Source: Candidatus Saccharimonadota bacterium (GTDB lineage Bacteria; Patescibacteriota; Saccharimonadia; Saccharimonadales; SZUA-47). Taken from it: a DNA stretch of 32,000 bases. The notes below the pieces were generated by a model, which was not told the origin of the DNA, did not search any database, and saw nothing but the letters and a program-made list of their open reading frames with translations. The position numbers and the translations under genes were made by a program. Below are positions 24,458-31,221 of the stretch, in pieces. Every line of letters begins with the position of its first letter. Position 1 is the stretch's first letter. Location of the stretch: positions 12,750 through 44,749 of the forward strand of contig JAGONL010000001.1 in assembly GCA_017993025.1 (NCBI GenBank), in the 5' to 3' direction.

Positions 24458-24993
24458 ACTATATACCCTATACTTCCAGCAATTCTTCTACGTTTTATCC
24501 TTGATGTTTTAGCTTGTTCAATTTCAAAATCACTAACAACTTCATCAATCCACGAACGCGGGCCACGCCGTTGTTGTCTAGAAACACTATGACCAATAGA
24601 TAGACTTCGTAGTCCTGTCCACATTGAACCGAAAACAACGGTGGCTTGTTCTGTCGCGGTGGCAATAAGATAATCACTGCCCACATCTCTATATGGACCG
24701 TGCTCAAGTACTGCAACTACTTCTTGGTCTGCAAGGGCTAATTGAGTATATAAATCGCCCAAAGTATAGATTCTAGGGTAAGTTTGACGTCTAAAGCTTG
24801 TTTGATTAATATTATAATCTCCGTCATAACCAGTTTGTTTATTTACAAAGTTGGCGCCTACAAAAGCTATTGGATTTGACCCATCTAGTCCAAGTAATTG
24901 ATTCATAGATTTAAGTATATTGGTTGAGCACGTGCAGGTGCAAGCATAAGGGTAAAGAGAATAGCCAAACCACCCCTTGAAATACTGATTCAT
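24454..24993 (-). CDS. Hypothetical protein, X family (179 aa; start uncertain)
   Basis: Uninterrupted ORF. The first 11 codons (MNQYFKGWFGY) lie inside the 43-bp inverted repeat and inside a tandem repeat unit, so the true start could be the internal Met at codon 30. Fragments of paralogs occur at 20357-20402 and 27475-27522. Confidence 0.55.
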   Translation of the reverse strand: MNQYFKGWFGYSLYPYACTCTCSTNILKSMNQLLGLDGSNPIAFVGANFVNKQTGYDGDYNINQTSFRRQTYPRIYTLGDLYTQLALADQEVVAVLEHGPYRDVGSDYLIATATEQATVVFGSMWTGLRSLSIGHSVSRQQRRGPRSWIDEVVSDFEIEQAKTSRIKRRRIAGSIGYIV

Positions 24994-25004
24994 GACAATC
25001 AGCC
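24962..25004. repeat. IR-L: left copy of the 43-bp perfect inverted repeat
   Basis: tagccaaaccaccccttgaaatactgattcatgacaatcagcc is the exact reverse complement of 27464-27506. Confidence 0.95.
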
Positions 25005-25131
25005 CGCAGTAGCCCCTGTAGCCAAACTAGCCCCTGTAATACTGATTCAAGACAATCATCCATCCTTTTATTTGTAGCTAGGTCAGCCTCTGCAAACTCT
25101 TAAAGACAATCAGAGCCTGGTCGAGTAAAGC
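24962..25131. repeat. Three tandem ~57-bp units (first is IR-L; second and third degenerate)
   Basis: Units start with tagccaaac (24962), tagccaaac (25019) and tagctaggt (25075). Each contains gacaatca(g), at 24994, 25051 and 25105. Unit 2 is about 85 percent identical to unit 1 over its first 41 nt; unit 3 is about 60 percent. Confidence 0.7.
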
Positions 25132-25246
25132 CCTGAGCTAAGTCAAAAGTACTCAGTTATTAAACTCACTTTTGACCGCTTGCGTCCTCAGGGCGCGACT
25201 AGTCTCTGGTTAGTTTGTCTTTAAAGATGTTTCTGCAGACAGGCTG
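25084..25246. repeat. 163-nt long imperfect hairpin / palindrome
   Basis: Nested pairs: cagcct.ctgca.aac (25084-) / gtttctgcagacaggctg (-25246); ttaaagacaa / ttgtctttaa; gccctgag (25130-25137) / ctcagggc (25187-25194); gtcaaaagt (25142-25150) / acttttgac (25168-25176). The apical loop is 17 nt. Confidence 0.65.
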
Positions 25247-25258
25247 CGGGGCGTTTTG

Positions 25259-25316
25259 CATACTTTTGCACCTGTAGGGAAAAGTATGACTGGGTCTAAG
25301 GGCAGGTAACGCCCTT
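25259..25316 (-). other. Conserved hairpin pair A/B, left-arm copy (candidate structured leader or protein-binding module)
   Basis: On the minus strand: hairpin A is AAGGGC-gttacct-GCCCTT and hairpin B is CATACTTTT-ccctacaggtgc-AAAAGTATG. A homologous pair with compensatory stem changes lies at 27269-27325. Confidence 0.55.
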
Positions 25317-25352
25317 TGATTGCGCTTATAGTCGCTTACTAAATTATTTTAT

Positions 25353-26081
25353 TTAAAAAAACCGTCTATTCCAAGAATTTCCCGTCGCCTGCAATCGCCC
25401 ACCATGCACCAGCTTTTGCAAATACCCAGACGTTAGTTTTTCAGACAACCCAACACTTTTAGCTATTTCATGTACAGATATTTGTGGTTTGCCTCTCACA
25501 ATTTTCTCTATTTCACTCATCCGCTCATTCATCCGCGCAGTGCGGCTTCTGTTTGCCTGTGCCTGCGCCGTACCTATATGCTCTCTAGCCCAAAGTAGCC
25601 TTGCTGCGTTTATTTCCTCCGCCGTTAGTTCTAATACTTTTTGCGGAATATCCTTAAGGTACTTTGGGTCATGCACCGCCGGCACTACTACTGGTGTCGT
25701 TGGTGGGATTTCCACCACAGGTAGTGTACTTTCAACCTTCGATTCCGAACCCGCATCATCTTCTACCTTCGTACTTCTATCTTCGGTCTTATCAACTGGC
25801 TCGTCTTTTACTGGGGGCTTTGGAGGTTCGGGAGCTGGTACAGGTTCTTCTACTATTGGTTCTGGCGTGGGCTGTGGTGGTTCGATAGTTGGTTGCGGTA
25901 CTATTTCAGGTTCTGGGGTCGGTGCAGGGGTTGGGGTTGGGGGTGGCTCAGGAGCGGGGTCAACCGGCGGCGGAGGTGTCTCTTCGACTACAGGTTCTTC
26001 GACTTTCGACTCCGATCCCGCCGACTCTTCAACCTTAGACTCTGTGACTTTCGACTCTGTTGCTACCGGCTCGTCTTGCAT
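25353..26081 (-). CDS. Pro/Glu-rich protein with a C-terminal winged-HTH-like domain (242 aa)
   Basis: The N-terminal two thirds are low complexity (SKVEE repeats, PAPEPPPTPTPAPTPEPE). The C-terminus ISVHEIAKSVGLSEKLTSGYLQKLVHGGRLQATG looks like a wHTH recognition unit. TATAAT (26093-26088, minus strand) lies 6 nt before the ATG. Confidence 0.65.
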   Translation of the reverse strand: MQDEPVATESKVTESKVEESAGSESKVEEPVVEETPPPPVDPAPEPPPTPTPAPTPEPEIVPQPTIEPPQPTPEPIVEEPVPAPEPPKPPVKDEPVDKTEDRSTKVEDDAGSESKVESTLPVVEIPPTTPVVVPAVHDPKYLKDIPQKVLELTAEEINAARLLWAREHIGTAQAQANRSRTARMNERMSEIEKIVRGKPQISVHEIAKSVGLSEKLTSGYLQKLVHGGRLQATGNSWNRRFF

Positions 26082-26139
26082 AAGCGTATTATATATTATT
26101 TTTGAAATCCAGATTTAGAAAATTTAAATGTTCAAAAAA

Positions 26140-26207
26140 CGTGAATTTGAAGTACTTTTGCATTATATTCACGGTATATTGACATTTTAGCGTGAATTTA
26201 TTATACT
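26140..26207 (+). promoter_or_regulatory. fic promoter overlapped by CGTGAAT operator-like repeats
   Basis: TTGACA (26179-26184), 17-nt spacer, TATACT (26202-26207), then 6 nt to ATG 26214. cgtgaat occurs at 26140-26146 and 26191-26197 (the latter inside the spacer), and its inverted partner attcacg at 26167-26173. Confidence 0.6.
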
Positions 26208-26213
26208 TAAGCT

Positions 26214-27092
26214 ATGATAAACAATAATGACCAGGCGCACATCAAAGCACTCAAAAAAGAATATGAGTCACTTATTGATGGGAAAGAATCCTTATTAAAA
26301 ATACTTAAAGAGACTGAGTTACCCGAGCTTGTTTATAACTCAAATGCCATAGAGAATTCTACACTCACACTCAAAGAAACCGAAAAAATCCTGCTTGAAC
26401 AAGAGGTAATGCGCGACGTATCAGTTCGAGAACTTTTTGAGGCAAAGAATCTTGCTCGTGTACTAGATTATTTGGAATCAAAACCTAAACTAGAACTTTC
26501 TGCAGAGAATATACTTCTACTGCATAAAATGCTAATTGGTGGTATTGACGACGCTATAGCAGGTAGACTCAGAAAAGAGCATGAGTATGTTAGGGTAGGA
26601 AATCATATCGCTCCAGCACCAGAACATGTAGAGCAACTTTTAAACAATCTAATCGATAATTTTAATAGTAACCACGATTTATACTACTTGGATAATATTG
26701 CATATTTTCATGTTGAGTTCGAACGAATTCATCCTTTCTGTGACGGTAACGGGCGTATAGGTAGAGTTCTTATAAATTTACAGTTAGCATCCTTAGGATA
26801 TCCTCCATTAATAATCCGCAATAAGGGCAAACACAGTAATTATTATCCAGTATTTCAAGAATATACAGACAGGGGTGTTTACAGCGGTATGTCTGATCTG
26901 CTGGTACTAGCACTTTCTGAGTCATTACATAAGAGATTGGCGTACATGAAAGGGCTAAATATTATTACTTTGTCAGAATTTTCTAAGCAGAATAATCTTG
27001 CATTAAATGGGCAGTTAAACTCCGCTAAACGGCAGACAATACCGGCATTCAGAGAAAAAGGTGTCTGGAAAATTGGTATCACTCTAACATAA
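26214..27092 (+). CDS. fic: Fic-domain protein (class II, with an N-terminal inhibitory helix)
   Basis: The Fic core motif is HPFCDGNGRIGR. The N-terminal SNAIEN fits the (S/T)xxxE(G/N) auto-inhibition motif. Confidence 0.85.
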   Translation: MINNNDQAHIKALKKEYESLIDGKESLLKILKETELPELVYNSNAIENSTLTLKETEKILLEQEVMRDVSVRELFEAKNLARVLDYLESKPKLELSAENILLLHKMLIGGIDDAIAGRLRKEHEYVRVGNHIAPAPEHVEQLLNNLIDNFNSNHDLYYLDNIAYFHVEFERIHPFCDGNGRIGRVLINLQLASLGYPPLIIRNKGKHSNYYPVFQEYTDRGVYSGMSDLLVLALSESLHKRLAYMKGLNIITLSEFSKQNNLALNGQLNSAKRQTIPAFREKGVWKIGITLT

Positions 27093-27196
27093 AAAAATGG
27101 TCAATAAAATTTAAAGAACCTGACTTGTGTAATCCAACACTGCCGAGGTCCTTATGAGGCTATTATATCTGAGGATATAGGTAATTTCAAGATGGC

Positions 27197-27217
27197 GAAA
27201 AGGACTGCTGTCCTTTT
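27197..27217 (+). terminator. Hairpin terminator after fic (A-tract/T-tract, possibly bidirectional)
   Basis: aaaaggac (27198-27205), loop tgct, gtcctttt (27210-27217). Confidence 0.5.
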
Positions 27218-27268
27218 AATCCTGCTTTAATACAATTTATTTTTTTAGATATTTTGGTTGTTTGGTTT

Positions 27269-27325
27269 GTGGCTGTTTCGGCGCCACACCCCCGACTATC
27301 TTTTCCCAACAGGTGCAAAAGATAG
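27269..27325 (+). other. Conserved hairpin pair A/B, right-arm copy
   Basis: Hairpin A is GTGGC-tgtttcggc-GCCAC (27269-27287). Hairpin B is CTATCTTTT-cccaacaggtgc-AAAAGATAG (27296-27325). It is followed by caaaagccccgcaccctgt, as in the left arm. Confidence 0.55.
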
Positions 27326-27463
27326 CAAAAGCCCCGCACCCTGTTGAATATACATAACTCATGACAAATACCACCCACTTCTGCGTGGCAAGAACAACAA
27401 GCGTCCAATAAGCAATTTAAAAGTTATATGCTTTTGGATTAGCTTGCCACTTGATTCAGAAGT

Positions 27464-27506
27464 GGCTGATTGTCATGAATCAGTATTTCAAGGGGTGGTT
27501 TGGCTA
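27464..27506. repeat. IR-R: right copy of the 43-bp perfect inverted repeat
   Basis: ggctgattgtcatgaatcagtatttcaaggggtggtttggcta is the reverse complement of 24962-25004. Confidence 0.95.
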
Positions 27507-27522
27507 CAATAAATATCTGTAA
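27475..27522 (+). pseudogene. Truncated X-family 5' end (MNQYFKGWFGYNKYL*)
   Basis: The ATG and the first 10 codons are identical to those of 24454-24993. A stop follows after 15 codons, once the repeat ends. Confidence 0.6.
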
Positions 27523-27560
27523 ATGTAGGAAATATCACCAAACAGGTTTAATATTTAATT

Positions 27561-28220
27561 ATGAAAATGTCCGAGAAACCAAAAGACTTACGGCCAAGGG
27601 AAAAGTTGCAGAAAAAGGGCGCTCAGTCTTTATCCGACCTCGAGCTATTACAAGCACTTATTGGTAGTGGAAACAAGCAAGCCGATGTTAGCAAAATTGC
27701 CCAAAGCGTGAAAAAGCTACTTCAAAAACACGGTGCAGACATTTCATACAAGCAACTTACAGAAGTAACTGGCATGGGTGAAGCGAAAACTACGGAAATA
27801 TTAGCTGCCTTTGAATTATCAAAAAGATATTTAATTGACAGCGAGGCGCCAATAATTGACTCACCCGAAAAAGTCGCAGAACAACTATCTGACATCCGAG
27901 ACAAGAAGCAAGAATACTTTGTATGTTTGACTCTGGACGGTGCTAACAGGCTTATCGCAAAACGTGTAATAACAATAGGTACGCTAAACTCTAGCCTTGT
28001 CCACCCGCGTGAAGTCTTTGCAGATGCCATAACCGACCGCGCCGCAAGCATAATAGTCGCCCACAACCACCCCAGCGGCACTTTAAGCCCGTCTGAAGCG
28101 GACCGGAATATTACTGTTAAACTTCATGAATCAGCAAAACTACTTGGAATAAATCTTACGGACCACATAATCATCACAAAAACGGAATACTACAGTTTTA
28201 CAGATGACAACAAGCTGTAA
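27561..28220 (+). CDS. radC: RadC-like JAB/MPN-domain protein (UPF0758)
   Basis: N-terminal LRPREKL...LSDLELLQALIGSG, a helix-hairpin-helix-like segment, and the C-terminal JAB motif HNHPSG...PSEADRNIT. Confidence 0.85.
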   Translation: MKMSEKPKDLRPREKLQKKGAQSLSDLELLQALIGSGNKQADVSKIAQSVKKLLQKHGADISYKQLTEVTGMGEAKTTEILAAFELSKRYLIDSEAPIIDSPEKVAEQLSDIRDKKQEYFVCLTLDGANRLIAKRVITIGTLNSSLVHPREVFADAITDRAASIIVAHNHPSGTLSPSEADRNITVKLHESAKLLGINLTDHIIITKTEYYSFTDDNKL

Positions 28221-28258
28221 TAAGCGTACAATCAAAATAAAGGAGTTGTACTACTATT

Positions 28259-29944
28259 ATGGATAATCCTAAAAATCAGGCTGGCTTAATTTGGAATATT
28301 GCCGATATCCTACGTGGGGGTTGGAAGCAACACGAATATCAAGATGTTATTTTACCGTTAGTTGTGCTTAAGCGTCTAGATAACGTGTTAGCTACAAATA
28401 AACAAAAAGTATTACAAACATACAACCAAATGCATGGCACCATGAGCGACGAGTCATTGGTACACTTTTTGGAAAAAGAAGCTGGCTACAAATTCTACAA
28501 TACGAGTCCGTATGACTTCAAAAAGCTACTGGACGATTCAGAGGGTATTTATGCCAACTTTATCAACTATCTAGACGGTTTCAGCCCTAATGTACGAGAT
28601 ATCGTCACGAAGTTCGAATTTCAAAAGCAATTAAATAAACTCAAAAGCGGCAAGATGCTGCACCTTGTGCTTAAAGAGCTAGACAAAGTAGACCTGCGAA
28701 CTGAGATAGTAAATAACCACGATATGGGCTATATTTTTGAAGAACTTATCCGTAAGTTCAATGAACAATCGAATGAGACTGCCGGTGAACACTACACGCC
28801 GCGCGAAGTTATACGCCTAATGGTCCGTCTGTTACTTGAACCAGATGCGGATCGTATTAAAGGCGAAAGTAAGATCATTGAAATGTATGACCCTGCTTGC
28901 GGTACAGGTGGTATGCTTACGATTGGCAAGGAGTATATTCAGGATAAGATAAACCCAGACGCCGAGGTCTTTCTATATGGCCAAGAGCTAAACCCTCAGA
29001 CGTTTGCAATAGCGAAATCAGACATCCTTATCAAAGGAGAAGATGCCAACCGTATTAAGGGTGGTAGCGGCGAACATGCCGAAGATAGCACTCTTAGTAA
29101 CGACCAGTTCTACGACAAGACATTTGACTATGTTATCGCTAATCCACCTTACGGCGTTGACTGGAAAAAAGATAAAGACGCAGTTGAGGCCGAAGCTGCT
29201 CGTGGAGATGCGGGTCGCTTTCCGGCCGGAACTCCCGCTGTTAGTGATGGTCAAATGCTCTTTTTGCAGCATATGATCAGTAAGATGCGACCAAAACACG
29301 AAGGTGGTGGGCGCGTAGCTGTGGTACATAACGGTTCCCCATTGTTTACTGGTGCGGCAGGGAGTGGTCCAAGTAATATTCGTAAATGGTTGCTTGAAAA
29401 TGATTACCTTGAAGCTATTATCGGTTTACCGACCAACATGTTCTACAACACGGGCATCGCAACATACATCTGGGTCCTGACAAACCGAAAGATTGATGAT
29501 CGTAAGGGCAAAGTACAACTTATAGACGGCAGTGAAATTTTTCATAAGCTACGCAAAAACCTAGGTGACAAGAATAAAGAACTAACACTGGATGATATTG
29601 ACGAAATTTATACGTTATATGAAAACTTTCATCAATCAAAACGAAGCAAGATTTTCAATAATGAGGACTTTGGCTATACGCAAATTACTATAACGTGGGA
29701 TAAAGAAAAAGACACCGAGAATGTACCACTGGGAGAAGACATAAATGAATACTTTAAGCGCGAGGTGCTCCCGCATGTACCGCATTCCAAAATGGATAGA
29801 AAGAAGGACAAGATTGGCTATGAAATACCATTTAATCGCTACTTCTACGACTATAAACCACCGCGTAGTCTCGACGACATCGATGATGACCTCCAGAAAG
29901 TCACCAAAGAAATTCTTGACCTTTTGAATGAGGTAACAGAGTAA
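28259..29944 (+). CDS. hsdM: Type I restriction-modification system, methyltransferase subunit
   Basis: N-terminal HsdM-type helix (LIWNIADILRGGWKQHEYQDVILPLVVLKRLD), AdoMet motif DPACGTGGML and catalytic NPPYG. AAGGAG lies upstream of the ATG. Confidence 0.9.
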   Translation: MDNPKNQAGLIWNIADILRGGWKQHEYQDVILPLVVLKRLDNVLATNKQKVLQTYNQMHGTMSDESLVHFLEKEAGYKFYNTSPYDFKKLLDDSEGIYANFINYLDGFSPNVRDIVTKFEFQKQLNKLKSGKMLHLVLKELDKVDLRTEIVNNHDMGYIFEELIRKFNEQSNETAGEHYTPREVIRLMVRLLLEPDADRIKGESKIIEMYDPACGTGGMLTIGKEYIQDKINPDAEVFLYGQELNPQTFAIAKSDILIKGEDANRIKGGSGEHAEDSTLSNDQFYDKTFDYVIANPPYGVDWKKDKDAVEAEAARGDAGRFPAGTPAVSDGQMLFLQHMISKMRPKHEGGGRVAVVHNGSPLFTGAAGSGPSNIRKWLLENDYLEAIIGLPTNMFYNTGIATYIWVLTNRKIDDRKGKVQLIDGSEIFHKLRKNLGDKNKELTLDDIDEIYTLYENFHQSKRSKIFNNEDFGYTQITITWDKEKDTENVPLGEDINEYFKREVLPHVPHSKMDRKKDKIGYEIPFNRYFYDYKPPRSLDDIDDDLQKVTKEILDLLNEVTE

Positions 29945-31221
29945 TGCAAACATACCAGAAAATGAAAGATTCTGGTGTTGCATGGCTGGGTGACATCCCG
30001 TCAGAATGGGATCAGAAACAAGCCAGATACATCTTCAAGCAAACAAAGGACTCTGTGGGCGAAGATCCGAGTAAATATGAGCTATTGTCACTAACTTTAA
30101 GGGGTATTATCCCAAGAAGTCAGGTCGATGGCGGCAAGAACCCTGAAAACTATAGCGCCTATCAGATAGTTCGTGAAAACGACTTGGTAATGTGCCTTTT
30201 TGATTATGACGTAACACCAAGAACCGTCGGACTAGCTACGTCTACAGGGATGGTCACTGGTGCATATACAAACTTACGGCCACTGAACGGTATATCAACA
30301 CGCTATTTCAATTATTTTTTTCTAGCCCTTGATACAACAAAAGAGCTCCTTCATTTATGTACTGGTCTACGAAACGGGATTTCGAAACAGACGTTTTTTA
30401 GTCTTAACCTGCCAGTCCCAGAGTATGAGACTCAAGAAATTATTGCAGACTATCTTGATGAAGAGACCGCAAAAATTGATGACTTAATTTCCAAGCAAGA
30501 ACATTTACTTAAACTTATCGAAGAAAAAAAGAAAGCAACAATCAATTGGGCAGTCACAAAAGGTATCAACCCGACAGTTGAGCTTGCGTCTTCGGGCGTA
30601 ACATGGATTGGCCAAATGCCTGAACATTGGCAAATCAAACAGATTAAACACATATCGCCAGTCAAGAGAGGTGCTTCACCGAGGCCAATAGAGGACCCTA
30701 AGTATTTCGATAAAAACGGTGAATTTAACTGGGTCCGAATTGCTGATGTGACTCGATCAGGGAAATACTTGTTAAGCACACCTCAAAAATTATCAATTCT
30801 AGGGGCTTCGCTTAGTGTTAAACAATATCCTGGAGACATTTTTGTCAGTATTGCTGCTAGTGTCGGTAAGCCAATGATTACCAAGATTCAATGTTGCATC
30901 CATGATGGTTTTGTATATTTCCCCTATATTGACGAAAAGATGATAGAAAGAGAGTTCTTATACTATATTTTTGATGCCGGACAATGCTATCTGGGGTTAG
31001 GTAAGATGGGAACTCAACTAAACTTGAACACCGAAACAATTGGTTCTATCAAGATTGCAATCCCTCCTCTTGACGAACAGCTTGAAATTGTTGAGTGGAT
31101 TCGAAGCTATGAAAAAGAATATGGAAAGTTGAAGGCTCTTGCCGATAAGCAAGTCGTATTATTGAAAGAGCGTCGAATGAGCCTTGTTTCAAATGCTGTG
31201 ACCGGAAAGGTTAGAGTGTGA
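29944..31221 (+). CDS. hsdS: Type I restriction-modification system, specificity subunit (two target-recognition domains)
   Basis: The start overlaps the hsdM stop (TAATG). Two TRD halves are each followed by a conserved helical spacer: LDEETAKIDDLISKQEHLLKLIEEKK and LDEQLEIVEWIRSYEKEYGKLKALADKQVVLLKERR. Confidence 0.85.
   Translation: MQTYQKMKDSGVAWLGDIPSEWDQKQARYIFKQTKDSVGEDPSKYELLSLTLRGIIPRSQVDGGKNPENYSAYQIVRENDLVMCLFDYDVTPRTVGLATSTGMVTGAYTNLRPLNGISTRYFNYFFLALDTTKELLHLCTGLRNGISKQTFFSLNLPVPEYETQEIIADYLDEETAKIDDLISKQEHLLKLIEEKKKATINWAVTKGINPTVELASSGVTWIGQMPEHWQIKQIKHISPVKRGASPRPIEDPKYFDKNGEFNWVRIADVTRSGKYLLSTPQKLSILGASLSVKQYPGDIFVSIAASVGKPMITKIQCCIHDGFVYFPYIDEKMIEREFLYYIFDAGQCYLGLGKMGTQLNLNTETIGSIKIAIPPLDEQLEIVEWIRSYEKEYGKLKALADKQVVLLKERRMSLVSNAVTGKVRV

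Noticed and set aside
25275-25316. RNase P RNA-like string: GGGAAAAGTATGACTGGGTCTAAGGGCAGGTAACGCCC resembles GAGGAAAGTCCGGGCTCCATAGGGCA...AGGTAACGCC of bacterial RNase P.
   Set aside because: The AAAGT segment pairs locally with catactttt (hairpin B) instead of forming P4. There is no ACAGAA..GGCTTA partner. The structured region is too short, and a diverged inverted copy exists at 27269-27340. I treat the resemblance as coincidental.
25489-26118. 209-aa Gly/Ser-rich plus-strand ORF, and the 25664-25888 and 25893-26105 ORFs.
   Set aside because: They are antisense shadows of the Pro-rich minus-strand gene (CCN read as NGG). The minus-strand ORF has a wHTH C-terminus and a properly placed promoter.
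27187-27408. 73-aa Cys-rich minus-strand ORF.
   Set aside because: It lies across the fic terminator and the conserved non-coding right arm, which contains the hairpin A/B module. It has no start context and its homologous left arm has no equivalent ORF.
24955-27513. Target-site duplication flanking the 43-bp inverted repeats, which would show a classical transposon.
   Set aside because: The flanks (…aaagagaa | IR … IR | caataaat…) share no direct repeat of 2-10 bp, and no transposase is present. The element is kept as an IR-bounded segment of unknown mechanism rather than an IS or transposon.
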